Positions 51,164 to 59,819 of a stretch of 64,000 nt of DNA are shown in pieces. A program made the position numbers and the translations under genes. The notes beneath the pieces were generated by a model. The model ran no database searches and was not told where the DNA came from. It worked only from the letters and a program-made list of their open reading frames with translations. Source of the stretch: a virus (lineage: Duplodnaviria > Caudoviricetes); IMG/VR virus record IMGVR_UViG_3300032213_001568, positions 1 through 64,000 of that record. One strand, given 5' to 3'. The first letter of the stretch is position 1. Every line of letters begins with the position of its first letter.

Positions 51164-51786
51164 ATAACGTTCAGGAACAATTTAGAAGGTAGTTGGTAGT
51201 CATCTGATACCTTACCTTCAAAGTTGTCGTTTAATATAGATAATAGAAGTTCTGAACTATAGTAACTATCTGATTTTACCTTTGTGAACTTCAGGTTACC
51301 CTCATTACTTTCAAATTCTAATCTAAGGTTTCTGAACTTAAAGTACGGTTGTGATTTCTCCGAGATTTTATAAAGGTAAGAATAAAGATTACCTAAATAG
51401 TTTTTAGAATATCCGTGAGGGAATGTTGATTGTATTGTTATTGATGATAGATTGTTTGTTGTGAAAGTTTCAGGATATTCAAATACGAATTTGGTATCCT
51501 CAAAGTTAGTGTCTTTGGTGTCGTAATCTATGATGTCTAATGTTTTAAGGTTAAGTCCTGTTAGGTCTGAATAGTTATCTTGGTGTTCTTCTATGAACTT
51601 ATCTGTAATGTTGTTAAGAACAAGAACGTTTGGGTTCTTTGTATAACCTTTAATTATGAATAGACTATTACAATCAACGACGGATAGTTTAGTTTTGTAA
51701 GTGTTATTTTCACTTACTTCTTGACATAAGAAATCTGCAAACTTATTAACAAATTCCTGATTTAAAATACAACTCTCTTTTTCCAT
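51160..51786 (-). CDS. Hypothetical protein, faint resemblance to MetK N-terminal domain
   Basis: VNKFADFLC...SVVDC...IIKG; PHGYS. Confidence 0.5.
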   Translation of the reverse strand: MEKESCILNQEFVNKFADFLCQEVSENNTYKTKLSVVDCNSLFIIKGYTKNPNVLVLNNITDKFIEEHQDNYSDLTGLNLKTLDIIDYDTKDTNFEDTKFVFEYPETFTTNNLSSITIQSTFPHGYSKNYLGNLYSYLYKISEKSQPYFKFRNLRLEFESNEGNLKFTKVKSDSYYSSELLLSILNDNFEGKVSDDYQLPSKLFLNVI

Positions 51787-51827
51787 ATTCAATTTTAGAA
51801 CTAAAATTTTAAAGGTTAAAGTCTAAA

Positions 51828-51923
51828 TTATTTTCTATTGTATTTAAAATATTCTTTTCTGTCTCGGATGACTAAAGAAACGTTAAAAAATAAAAATATT
51901 GAAATAAAAATTAAACTAATCAT
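51828..51923 (-). CDS. Possible 31-aa membrane peptide
   Basis: MISLIFISIFLFFNVSLVIRDRKEYFKYNRK. Confidence 0.3.
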   Translation of the reverse strand: MISLIFISIFLFFNVSLVIRDRKEYFKYNRK

Positions 51924-51993
51924 ACCAATATATAGGTATAGAATGTTGAAAGTGTGTTAAGGAATTATTAACAAATCTTGAATAAATTTATTA

Positions 51994-53106
51994 TTATAAA
52001 TAACTATTAAACTCAATATTAAGACATTTTTTAACGTCACCAAAATCAGGGTAGTCAGGAACTCTACCAGAATTCAACCAATTTAAGTCACCATTATCAA
52101 ATAAGTTTTTAAGTAAGTCGAGATAACCTCTGAAATAATTTAAATTTTCATATTGGTTATTTACGTTACTTTCAAGCCAAAGTTTAATATTATAATGAGC
52201 GGTTTTTGTTACTTCATATCTTACACCATATCTATCTGTGTATCCAGTTCTAGAGTTGTTGTATTTTTTGTATTTATACTCTTCTGATTTTTTATTATCA
52301 ATAACCTCACCGACTAATTGTCCTATAAGTGATTCATACAATTCGTTAGCATAAACCGACGAATAACAATTTGAGTATAATGAGTATAAATCATGGTTCA
52401 GGTCTAAACTAAGATTATTCAAACAATATTCCAAACAATCGTTGTCATTAATAATTTGTGTTACAATATTCTCATCTAATTTAAGTGTTGACTCATCACC
52501 TTGTTCTTTAGCTAAATCTTCTATGAATTCAGGTGTTTTATATCCAACAGATAACTCACCAAGTTTAAGTAATTCTTCTTTAAGATAATTTTTTATTTGT
52601 TGTTGGTATTCTGGTTCTAGGTCTTCATAAACATCTTTGAATACATCATTTGTTAAATCATCATAAAAATAACCATCATAATCCCCATTTAATATTTCGG
52701 CAATTCTATCTTCACTAATATCGTTTCTACCACTACTAAAGAATTGTGCTAGTTCACCGGAATCTTCTAAATCAACATAATATTTTCCATCAATTTCAGT
52801 TATATCTGAAAATTCCATTTCCATCATCTTATAGATATAATTTGGGTCTTTTTGTATTAATTGATAAATTATTTTATTTTGATAATCCGACCAATCACTA
52901 TTAAAAGGGTCAATGTAATGTGTTAAATTATTTTTAATTATTAACTCAAAAAATTTATCAAAACTACCCATGGCATTTTCAATATCCTCTTCAGTAACAT
53001 CTCCGTTTTGGAATAGAGTAATAAGTTTTACTAACTTATTTTGGAAACCTGTTAGTACGGGTTTTTCCTCTTCTTCGTTTAATTTTTTGAAAATTTTAAA
53101 TTCCAT
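51994..53106 (-). CDS. Acidic hypothetical, putative virion-internal protein
   Basis: MEFKIFKKLNEE start; TATTTATA on minus strand at 53110-53117. Confidence 0.65.
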   Translation of the reverse strand: MEFKIFKKLNEEEEKPVLTGFQNKLVKLITLFQNGDVTEEDIENAMGSFDKFFELIIKNNLTHYIDPFNSDWSDYQNKIIYQLIQKDPNYIYKMMEMEFSDITEIDGKYYVDLEDSGELAQFFSSGRNDISEDRIAEILNGDYDGYFYDDLTNDVFKDVYEDLEPEYQQQIKNYLKEELLKLGELSVGYKTPEFIEDLAKEQGDESTLKLDENIVTQIINDNDCLEYCLNNLSLDLNHDLYSLYSNCYSSVYANELYESLIGQLVGEVIDNKKSEEYKYKKYNNSRTGYTDRYGVRYEVTKTAHYNIKLWLESNVNNQYENLNYFRGYLDLLKNLFDNGDLNWLNSGRVPDYPDFGDVKKCLNIEFNSYL

Positions 53107-53118
53107 AATTATAAATAT

Positions 53119-53144
53119 AAAAAAAGGGGAAAAATTCCCCTTTT
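53119..53144 (-). terminator. Intrinsic terminator after the CGC micropeptide pair
   Basis: AAAAGGGGAA-aaa-TTCCCCTTTT with A-run on the left (U-tail on minus strand). Confidence 0.7.
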
Positions 53145-53168
53145 AGTTTTCTTATGTTGCGGGAAAGA

Positions 53169-53210
53169 TTATTTTCCACATCCGCAACCACCACCGCCGT
53201 TGTTTTTCAT
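53169..53210 (-). CDS. 13-aa micropeptide MKNNGGGGCGCGK
   Basis: A-rich leader, ATG to TAA, GC-rich codons in AT-rich surroundings, upstream of a terminator. Confidence 0.5.
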   Translation of the reverse strand: MKNNGGGGCGCGK

Positions 53211-53234
53211 TGTTCTTAATTTATTTGAGGTTTA

Positions 53235-53360
53235 TTACTTTTTCTTGTTTTTGTTGTAGTACTTATCAATAGTACTCTGAACTGCGTTTTTAATACTTTC
53301 AGTTCTTAACTTTTTCACCTGTTCAGGTGAAGCGTTTTGTTTTTTACATCCACAGCCCAT
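53235..53360 (-). CDS. 41-aa basic peptide starting MGCGCKK
   Basis: MGCGCKKQNASPEQVKKLRTESIKNAVQSTIDKYYNKNKKK; TATTTATA at 53384-53377. Confidence 0.65.
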   Translation of the reverse strand: MGCGCKKQNASPEQVKKLRTESIKNAVQSTIDKYYNKNKKK

Positions 53361-53450
53361 ATTGTTGGTATTTTATTATAAATATTTACCACATGTGATT
53401 TAATAGTAAATAATATAGTTATTTTAATATTTATTAATATAATTTTTATC

Positions 53451-54749
53451 ATGAGAGTTAATATAGATATATCACAAATACAAAAGGTTGTTCAGATGTT
53501 GGTTGAGGAAGAAGGACAAGAGAGTGTTGTTATAACACCTGAGCAATATATTAATTTTTTAAAGTTCACTAATTATAACGGTAAATTGGTTCAAAATATG
53601 AAACAATTCAGAGGTAAAAGGATTGTTATTGATGGTGATTTAAGTCTGAGAGGTACGGATGCTAATAACATCACAAATATCACAGTTAATGGTGGTTTAG
53701 ATTTATCATACACTCAAGTTAATTCTCTTGAGGGAGTTAAATACAAGCATATTTCAACATATGGAACACCGTATGAAAAAATTCAAATCAAAAAACAAAG
53801 ACAGATTGAATTAGCCAAACAAAACGATTTACGACAAGAGGACGAGTGGAATTTAGAAACTGCTACAAGTGATATTGCGATTTTAGCAAATGTTTTATTT
53901 GAGTATCTGACTTCATCTTTTGGTCTTTATGAAGCTAAAGAACCTAATCATGATACAAGGTTACAAGAACTTTATGCTGAAAAAGAAAGAATGGAAGAAA
54001 TTGAAAGAGAAACAGAAGATAATGAAAATCTGATGGATTTAGAGGCAGTTGAAGAAGAAATTGAAGACCTTGAAAAAAGAATTGACGTATATAACTTGGT
54101 TTATGCCTACAAATATTATAGTATGAGAGTTTTCTATGTGTTAACCAATGACTTAGAAGAATCAAAAGAAAGATGGGCGGTTGGTGGTGATTATGATACC
54201 CACATGTCGGCATATGAAAGAATTGATGAATTGATTGATGATATTGGAATAAAAGGTTTTAATTCAAGTTTTGTTGAAGATTATATTGATATTGAAGAAC
54301 TTAAGGAAACTTTTAGAGAAGATGAAGAAAATAATGTTAGAGAAAACCTTGAAGACTATTTTGATGAAGATGAGTTTGAATATTCAGACCCGGAAGTTCA
54401 AAAAAGAATTGATGAACTTGAAGCGAGATTGGAAGATTCTGAAATAGACCAAGAAGAAGCTGATGAATTAAATGAAGAACTTGATGAGTTAAAAGATAGT
54501 GATAAAACTATTCCTGAAAATTTAATTGAGGAAAAGGTTGAAGATTTAATTAGTGATTTGGTTGATGACCCAATGAGCGTAATAGAAAACTACGGTTTGG
54601 AAATTGAAAATTATATAGACACACGAGCATTCAAAGAAGGATTACTTCAATCTGATGGTATCGGTCACACATTGAACACTTACAATGGTGATTACGATAC
54701 TATTGAATTTAATGATGAAACATATTACATTTTACAAATAGAAGGGTAA
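53451..54749 (+). CDS. Highly acidic protein with short LRR-like segment, putative virion-internal
   Basis: MLVEEE; GDLSLRGT and GGLDLSYTQVNSL; Glu/Asp-rich; TATTTAT at 53428. Confidence 0.65.
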   Translation: MRVNIDISQIQKVVQMLVEEEGQESVVITPEQYINFLKFTNYNGKLVQNMKQFRGKRIVIDGDLSLRGTDANNITNITVNGGLDLSYTQVNSLEGVKYKHISTYGTPYEKIQIKKQRQIELAKQNDLRQEDEWNLETATSDIAILANVLFEYLTSSFGLYEAKEPNHDTRLQELYAEKERMEEIERETEDNENLMDLEAVEEEIEDLEKRIDVYNLVYAYKYYSMRVFYVLTNDLEESKERWAVGGDYDTHMSAYERIDELIDDIGIKGFNSSFVEDYIDIEELKETFREDEENNVRENLEDYFDEDEFEYSDPEVQKRIDELEARLEDSEIDQEEADELNEELDELKDSDKTIPENLIEEKVEDLISDLVDDPMSVIENYGLEIENYIDTRAFKEGLLQSDGIGHTLNTYNGDYDTIEFNDETYYILQIEG

Positions 54750-54750
54750 A

Positions 54751-55512
54751 ATGGAAACCAAACCAAAAAAAAGAAGAACGAAAAAAAATAATCATTTCAG
54801 ATTAACGACAGACTGGTTATTAACAGAACCAATTGACTACGAACACAAATATTATATGTTGATGGACTTTTTAAAGTTCTGTGACGATAAGATTGAGAAG
54901 TTTGAGTTATATCCATTATTTAGTGAAATGTCATTACACTTGGCTAATCTACAAGTGATGTCTTCGGAATTTAAATATATTGTTGTTAATAAGAAGTTTG
55001 AAGTTATTGATGATGAAATATTAATTAATGAACTTAAATTCACACCCATCCCAAAATTAAATGATGATGAGTTGGAAGAATTAAATAAGATATTAAAATA
55101 TGCAGGACCAAAGTTTTTTGAATACTTTAATGTTATCAAAGCTCTTTGGACATTAACCTACGACTCGGTTTCAATCAAACACACCAACGAAAATAAAAAA
55201 CAGAATTTAGAAAGAGGTTACTTCTTCACACTTAACGGAAACAACAAAAAGATTTGGAAGTATACAACTGGTGGTATTGATACTGTTAAACACGACAGTA
55301 AGTTTGCGGTTCAGTTAATATTTGATGGGGAAAGTAAGAAGGTAATTAGAACAATATTAAATGAGTTAACTCAAGATATAAGTTTACCCATCTTTGAATT
55401 AATGTCATCCAATGACTTACCATTTGAGAATACACTCCTACCCATCTTTAAAAGAAAGGTATTAAGTTACATAGTTCAGAAAAAAACAATTGTAAATCTA
55501 AAGAAAAATTAA
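54751..55512 (+). CDS. Hypothetical protein
   Basis: WLLTEPIDYEHKYYML ... PFENTLLPIFKRK. Confidence 0.7.
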   Translation: METKPKKRRTKKNNHFRLTTDWLLTEPIDYEHKYYMLMDFLKFCDDKIEKFELYPLFSEMSLHLANLQVMSSEFKYIVVNKKFEVIDDEILINELKFTPIPKLNDDELEELNKILKYAGPKFFEYFNVIKALWTLTYDSVSIKHTNENKKQNLERGYFFTLNGNNKKIWKYTTGGIDTVKHDSKFAVQLIFDGESKKVIRTILNELTQDISLPIFELMSSNDLPFENTLLPIFKRKVLSYIVQKKTIVNLKKN

Positions 55513-55524
55513 TACTTTTGTAAT

Positions 55525-55686
55525 ATGGGATTCAACAAAAAAATAATAGGGGAAGAACAAATCAAAAGTTTAGAAAAAGATTTAACTATTATTAATTACT
55601 ATCTCAAAGCCGATTCCATCATTTTTACAAATAACAACGTTGCTAAAAAATTTAAAGAGTATGAGAAACAATATAGACCCGTATGA
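55525..55686 (+). CDS. Small hypothetical protein (53 aa)
   Basis: MGFNKKIIG...; TTG-N20-TACTTTTG promoter at 55490-55520. Confidence 0.6.
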   Translation: MGFNKKIIGEEQIKSLEKDLTIINYYLKADSIIFTNNNVAKKFKEYEKQYRPV

Positions 55687-55861
55687 AGTTCTGTTAAGAA
55701 AACTTGAAAAACCAGTTCATATCAATTACATTTGTGATTATATCCTACGAGTTGGAATCGACGAAACAAGAAAACGAATTGAAAAACTTGTAAGTGAGGG
55801 TATACTTGAAGAAAGTAAATATGGAAAAGAATATTATGTCAGAACAAAAAGAAATGGTTAA
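55661..55861 (+). CDS. Small winged-helix-like protein
   Basis: PVHINYIC...ETRKRIEKLVSEGILEESKYGKEYY. Confidence 0.55.
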   Translation: MRNNIDPYEVLLRKLEKPVHINYICDYILRVGIDETRKRIEKLVSEGILEESKYGKEYYVRTKRNG

Positions 55862-56063
55862 TCATCCATCACACTATGGTGGTAAAGATAATCCATATGA
55901 GGCAATCAAAGTCATTGACGCTTGGGATTTAGATAAAGATTTTTATTTGGGTAACGCAGTTAAATACCTATCACGAGCTGGTAAGAAAGACAACGTGGTT
56001 CAGGACCTGAAGAAGGCTATATGGTATATTGAAAAAAAGATAGAAAAATTACAGAATGATTGA
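55836..56063 (+). CDS. DUF3310-family protein
   Basis: VNHPSHY, EAIKVI, FYLGNAVKYLSRAGKK, DLKKAIWY. Confidence 0.88.
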   Translation: MSEQKEMVNHPSHYGGKDNPYEAIKVIDAWDLDKDFYLGNAVKYLSRAGKKDNVVQDLKKAIWYIEKKIEKLQND

Positions 56064-56913
56064 GAATTATATTAACAGAGTCCTAAATGGTGATACCATT
56101 GAGGTGATGAGTGAGATGCCGGAAGGATGGGTTGACTTGATTGTGACATCGCCGCCATATAATGTAGGTATCCAATACGACATACATAACGATGAGATTG
56201 TTATGGATGAATATTGGGAGTGGTCTGAAAAATGGTTGACAGAAGCTTATCGTCTACTTAAAGACGATGGAAGAATGGCTATTAACATACCCTATGAAGT
56301 TAATGTACAAGCTCGTGGTGGTAGAGTATTCTTTGCTTCAGAACTATATCAGGTAATGAAAAAAGTTGGGTTTAAGTTCTACGGTATTGTTGACCTTGAA
56401 GAACAATCACCTCATAGAAGTAAGACAACTGCTTGGGGTTCTTGGATGAGTCCATCGGCACCTTACATCTACAACCCAAAAGAATGTGTTATCTTGGCTT
56501 ATAAAAAAGTTCATATTAAGAAAGTTAAAGGTGAACCACAATGGAAGGGTGAACCTTATCTAACTGAAGAGGGAAAGAACAAAGTTGCCTATTCTGAACA
56601 AGATAAGAAAGAGTTTATGGAATTAGTGTTTGGACAATGGAAATACTTTGCGGATACCCGTTCATTAACAAAGGCAACGTTCTCCATGGATATCCCTGAA
56701 AAGGCAATCAAGATATTGTCATACAGAAATGATATCGTATTAGACCCCTTCAATGGTTCAGGGACCAGTTGTGTGGCATCAGTTGTTCATGACAGACGAT
56801 GGGTCGGTATTGAATTAAGTGAAAACTATTGTGAAATTGCTAAACAACGAATACAAAGTTTTGTTGACCAAAAGAACCAACAGAAGTTACAATTTGAAAA
56901 CGGAGTCCAATAA
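56056..56913 (+). CDS. N4/N6 DNA methyltransferase (beta class)
   Basis: VTSPPYN precedes LDPFNGSGTS. Confidence 0.9.
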   Translation: MIENYINRVLNGDTIEVMSEMPEGWVDLIVTSPPYNVGIQYDIHNDEIVMDEYWEWSEKWLTEAYRLLKDDGRMAINIPYEVNVQARGGRVFFASELYQVMKKVGFKFYGIVDLEEQSPHRSKTTAWGSWMSPSAPYIYNPKECVILAYKKVHIKKVKGEPQWKGEPYLTEEGKNKVAYSEQDKKEFMELVFGQWKYFADTRSLTKATFSMDIPEKAIKILSYRNDIVLDPFNGSGTSCVASVVHDRRWVGIELSENYCEIAKQRIQSFVDQKNQQKLQFENGVQ

Positions 56914-56926
56914 ACTCCGTTTTTTT
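56897..56926 (+). terminator. Intrinsic terminator
   Basis: AAAACGGAGT-loop-ACTCCGTTTT plus T-run. Confidence 0.8.
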
Positions 56927-56958
56927 ATTTATTTGTATATTTATAATTAAATGTTATT

Positions 56959-57330
56959 ATGAAAAATTCGGAAGTTGTTAAATTTTTACTAGAAACACAA
57001 ACTCAGTTTAGAATACTACACTGGCAAACAAAATCATTCTCAAGACATGGGGCTTATGGACGTATTTATGATTCACTTGATGATTTGATTGATAAGTTTG
57101 TTGAAGTTTGTATGGGTAAACACGGAAGACCTAGTTTTACAGGTGGTTACACATTAGCGGGTAAAGATATTGAAGAACTTGAGTTAACTGAGTTTATTAA
57201 TTTAGTATGTGAATACTTGGTGGGATTGTCTGAAAGCTACGACCCAAAGATGGACTCAGATTTATTAAACATTAGAGACGAAATGTTAGCGGAAATTAAC
57301 CAGTTGAAATACTTGTTAACTTTAAAATAG
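56959..57330 (+). CDS. Ferritin/Dps-like protein (DUF5856-like)
   Basis: LHWQT.SFSRH.A...D.FVE...NIRDEML..INQLKYLL. Confidence 0.75.
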   Translation: MKNSEVVKFLLETQTQFRILHWQTKSFSRHGAYGRIYDSLDDLIDKFVEVCMGKHGRPSFTGGYTLAGKDIEELELTEFINLVCEYLVGLSESYDPKMDSDLLNIRDEMLAEINQLKYLLTLK

Positions 57331-57352
57331 AGGTATATTACTTTTTTACTTT

Positions 57353-57385
57353 AAAAGGTTCATCGTAATGATGAACTTTTTTTTT
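57353..57385 (+). terminator. Intrinsic terminator
   Basis: AAGGTTCATC-loop-GATGAACTT plus T-run. Confidence 0.75.
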
Positions 57386-57404
57386 GTTATAATATTTATT
57401 ATTA

Positions 57405-58808
57405 ATGAAAAAGATAATTTCTGAAGGTGGTATTAGAAACATAAAAGAACTTTCTGATAGATACAAAAAAGCGAAGATATACTTTCACCAAGATTTAGAT
57501 GGTGTTGCAACTGCATTAGCAATGAAAAAGTATTTGGAAGACAATGGAATTAAAGTTGTTGATGTTGAAGTAATCCAATACGGAGATAAAGAATTTGCGG
57601 TTAAGAAGGCGGATGCTGAAGGTGAAATTATGCCAGTTCTTGTTGACTTTGCTCACGGAAAACCAATGTTCGTGGTTCATACCGACCACCACGACAGACA
57701 AGCTGGAGCTGACGAAACTCAGTCAACTCAGTTCAGAGGAGCTCGTTCAAATGTTGAAACTCTTTCACAGATTGTTCCATCATCTGAGATTTTTACACCT
57801 GAAGATGTTGCGACAATATCTATGGTTGATAGTGCTGATTACGCTTCCAAAAATATTACACCTGAAATGGTGATGAATTATGTTTATGGAACATCAAAAG
57901 AAAAGAGTGCTAAAGAAAATAGAATGTTATTAGGTTTGGTTACAAACAAATTATTGTTGGCATTCAAAAGTAAACCAGGATTTTTAGAGACATTAGTATT
58001 AGATTGTAAACCTTCACTTCTTTCAATCTTCAATAAGATTAAGGAATTAATGAAGACAAACAGATATGCTGATATATCTTCATTAGAGAAAAACAAAGAA
58101 GATTACGTTCAGACAATGAAAGGACATAAGAATGTTCAGGTTAAAGATAATATCATCGTTCAGTATGGTGGTGGAAGTATGATGAAACCTGGTTCATATG
58201 ATAGATATACCCCATTTAGAAACAACCCTGAGGCTGACTTCCTTGTTATTGCTTGGCCACTTGGTTTATTACAGGCATCATGTAACCCTTTTAAAAAAGA
58301 AAGAGAACTTAAAGGTGTTAACTTGGGAGAGATTGCTCAAGAAGTATTATCACATTGGGAAGGACAACTTAAAGAAAAACAAATACCACTTTCAACAATT
58401 AAATGGGTATCTGAAACTGCTGCAAAAGAAGAATCAGTTGGATTTACCTTTAAGGATTTTGCGGCAATATACGGAGACAAGTACTTGGATGAGAAAGATG
58501 GTGTTAAAACACTTATGGATATTAAATCTTTGATGGAAAAGAAATCAACTGAATTGACTGAAGAAGAATGGAGTGTGTTAGACGGTGTTACTGTTCCTGT
58601 ATGGGAAGTTATTCAAGCTAATTCAGGTGGACACAAGTGTATTACAAATGTATCTGGTTTAAATTATATTGGAAGAAGTAAACGACCACCACAAGGTAAG
58701 TACAAGTACGAGTCTGAAAAAGAAGATTCACCTTACATCAAGTTTTTAAAGATGTTACAGAATAGATTTGTGAATGTTTTACAACAGAAGATTGAAGAAA
58801 GTAAGTAA
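57405..58808 (+). CDS. DHH-family phosphoesterase
   Basis: HQDLDG, LVDF, TDHH, C-terminal SGGH. Confidence 0.75.
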   Translation: MKKIISEGGIRNIKELSDRYKKAKIYFHQDLDGVATALAMKKYLEDNGIKVVDVEVIQYGDKEFAVKKADAEGEIMPVLVDFAHGKPMFVVHTDHHDRQAGADETQSTQFRGARSNVETLSQIVPSSEIFTPEDVATISMVDSADYASKNITPEMVMNYVYGTSKEKSAKENRMLLGLVTNKLLLAFKSKPGFLETLVLDCKPSLLSIFNKIKELMKTNRYADISSLEKNKEDYVQTMKGHKNVQVKDNIIVQYGGGSMMKPGSYDRYTPFRNNPEADFLVIAWPLGLLQASCNPFKKERELKGVNLGEIAQEVLSHWEGQLKEKQIPLSTIKWVSETAAKEESVGFTFKDFAAIYGDKYLDEKDGVKTLMDIKSLMEKKSTELTEEEWSVLDGVTVPVWEVIQANSGGHKCITNVSGLNYIGRSKRPPQGKYKYESEKEDSPYIKFLKMLQNRFVNVLQQKIEESK

Positions 58809-58809
58809 T

Positions 58810-59157
58810 TTATTTAAAGAACTCACAAACTTGTCCTTCTTTGATACCTAAATCTTCACAGGTACCACCTTCAAGTTCTAATACATACATTCCTTTACCT
58901 ACAAACCTTTCACAAGGTTGAGACTTACATGGTTCACAGTTGTGATGTATCTTATTGATTTTAAAGTTTTTATCTATAAAGATAATATCTAAAGGGATGA
59001 TACAATTCATCATCCAAAAACTATGTAAACCATCACCCATGATGAACAACATACCGTCAAAATTGTCAAAAGTCTTGTTCATCATACCTTCACTGGTTTC
59101 GGAACTTTCAATTAATACTTTGACATTGAAACTATTTTTATTTATTTTTAACAACAT
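58810..59157 (-). CDS. DUF192-family protein
   Basis: GMLF, FWMMNCIIPLDIIF, YVLELEGG. Confidence 0.88.
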   Translation of the reverse strand: MLLKINKNSFNVKVLIESSETSEGMMNKTFDNFDGMLFIMGDGLHSFWMMNCIIPLDIIFIDKNFKINKIHHNCEPCKSQPCERFVGKGMYVLELEGGTCEDLGIKEGQVCEFFK

Positions 59158-59177
59158 ACTTATTAATAAATATTTCT

Positions 59178-59588
59178 ATGAAACAAAGTGCAGGAATTAT
59201 TGTGAAAGTAAATGATAAATGTTTGGTTTGTAAGAGAGCTTCAGACATTAATGAACCATCAAAGTGGGCAATACCTATGGGTGGAATAGAAGAAGGTGAA
59301 GACCCTAAAGAGGCGGCATATAGAGAGTTCTATGAAGAGATGGGTGTTTCAGTTGATGGTGTTATTAAACCTTTGTCTAGGATTAATCGTTATAATAAGT
59401 TAGGACAGATAAAAACAATTTTACATGTTTTTATTTTTAAAACCGATACTGAAATCATTCCTGATTTAGATGGTGCTGTAGATGGTTTTGAACACACAGA
59501 ATGTGAGTATATGACTTTAGACCAAATTAAAGGGCTTAAGATGTCATCAGGTATTAAGGAAGTTTTAACAGATGTGTTAAACTTTTGA
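59178..59588 (+). CDS. NUDIX hydrolase
   Basis: GGIEEGEDPKEAAYREFYEEMG Nudix box. Confidence 0.9.
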   Translation: MKQSAGIIVKVNDKCLVCKRASDINEPSKWAIPMGGIEEGEDPKEAAYREFYEEMGVSVDGVIKPLSRINRYNKLGQIKTILHVFIFKTDTEIIPDLDGAVDGFEHTECEYMTLDQIKGLKMSSGIKEVLTDVLNF

Positions 59589-59606
59589 TTTTTTTGATAT
59601 ATTTAT

Positions 59607-59637
59607 TTGACACTACGGAATATTTGCCGTAAGTTTG
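59607..59637 (+). promoter_or_regulatory. Promoter P1 of the giant ncRNA unit
   Basis: TTGACA-N17-TAAGTTTG. Confidence 0.75.
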
Positions 59638-59708
59638 TAAAAGATTTAACACTCATAGGGAATGAAAGATACTCGGTAGTTAAATCAAAAAAAAAGTTCA
59701 CAAACTAC

Positions 59709-59739
59709 TTGACAGAAAGAAAAAAAAGTCGTAAGTTTG
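59709..59739 (+). promoter_or_regulatory. Promoter P2 of the giant ncRNA unit
   Basis: TTGACA-N17-TAAGTTTG; shares CGTAAGTTTGTAAAAGATTT with P1. Confidence 0.75.
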
Positions 59740-59758
59740 TAAAAGATTTGAGATGAAG

Positions 59759-59805
59759 AGGTTGTAAAGATTCCTACTTCGGTAGGTTGTAAAGATTCCT
59801 ACTTC
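59759..59805 (+). repeat. 22-bp direct repeat x2 (AGGTTGTAAAGATTCCTACTTC)
   Basis: Copies at 59759-59780 and 59784-59805; the junction forms a CCTAC-TTCG-GTAGG hairpin. Confidence 0.9.
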
Positions 59806-59819
59806 TTCTCTTTTTGAAA

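Noticed and set aside
59759-59805. CRISPR mini-array
   Set aside because: Only two repeats separated by 3 nt; no spacer, no cas genes
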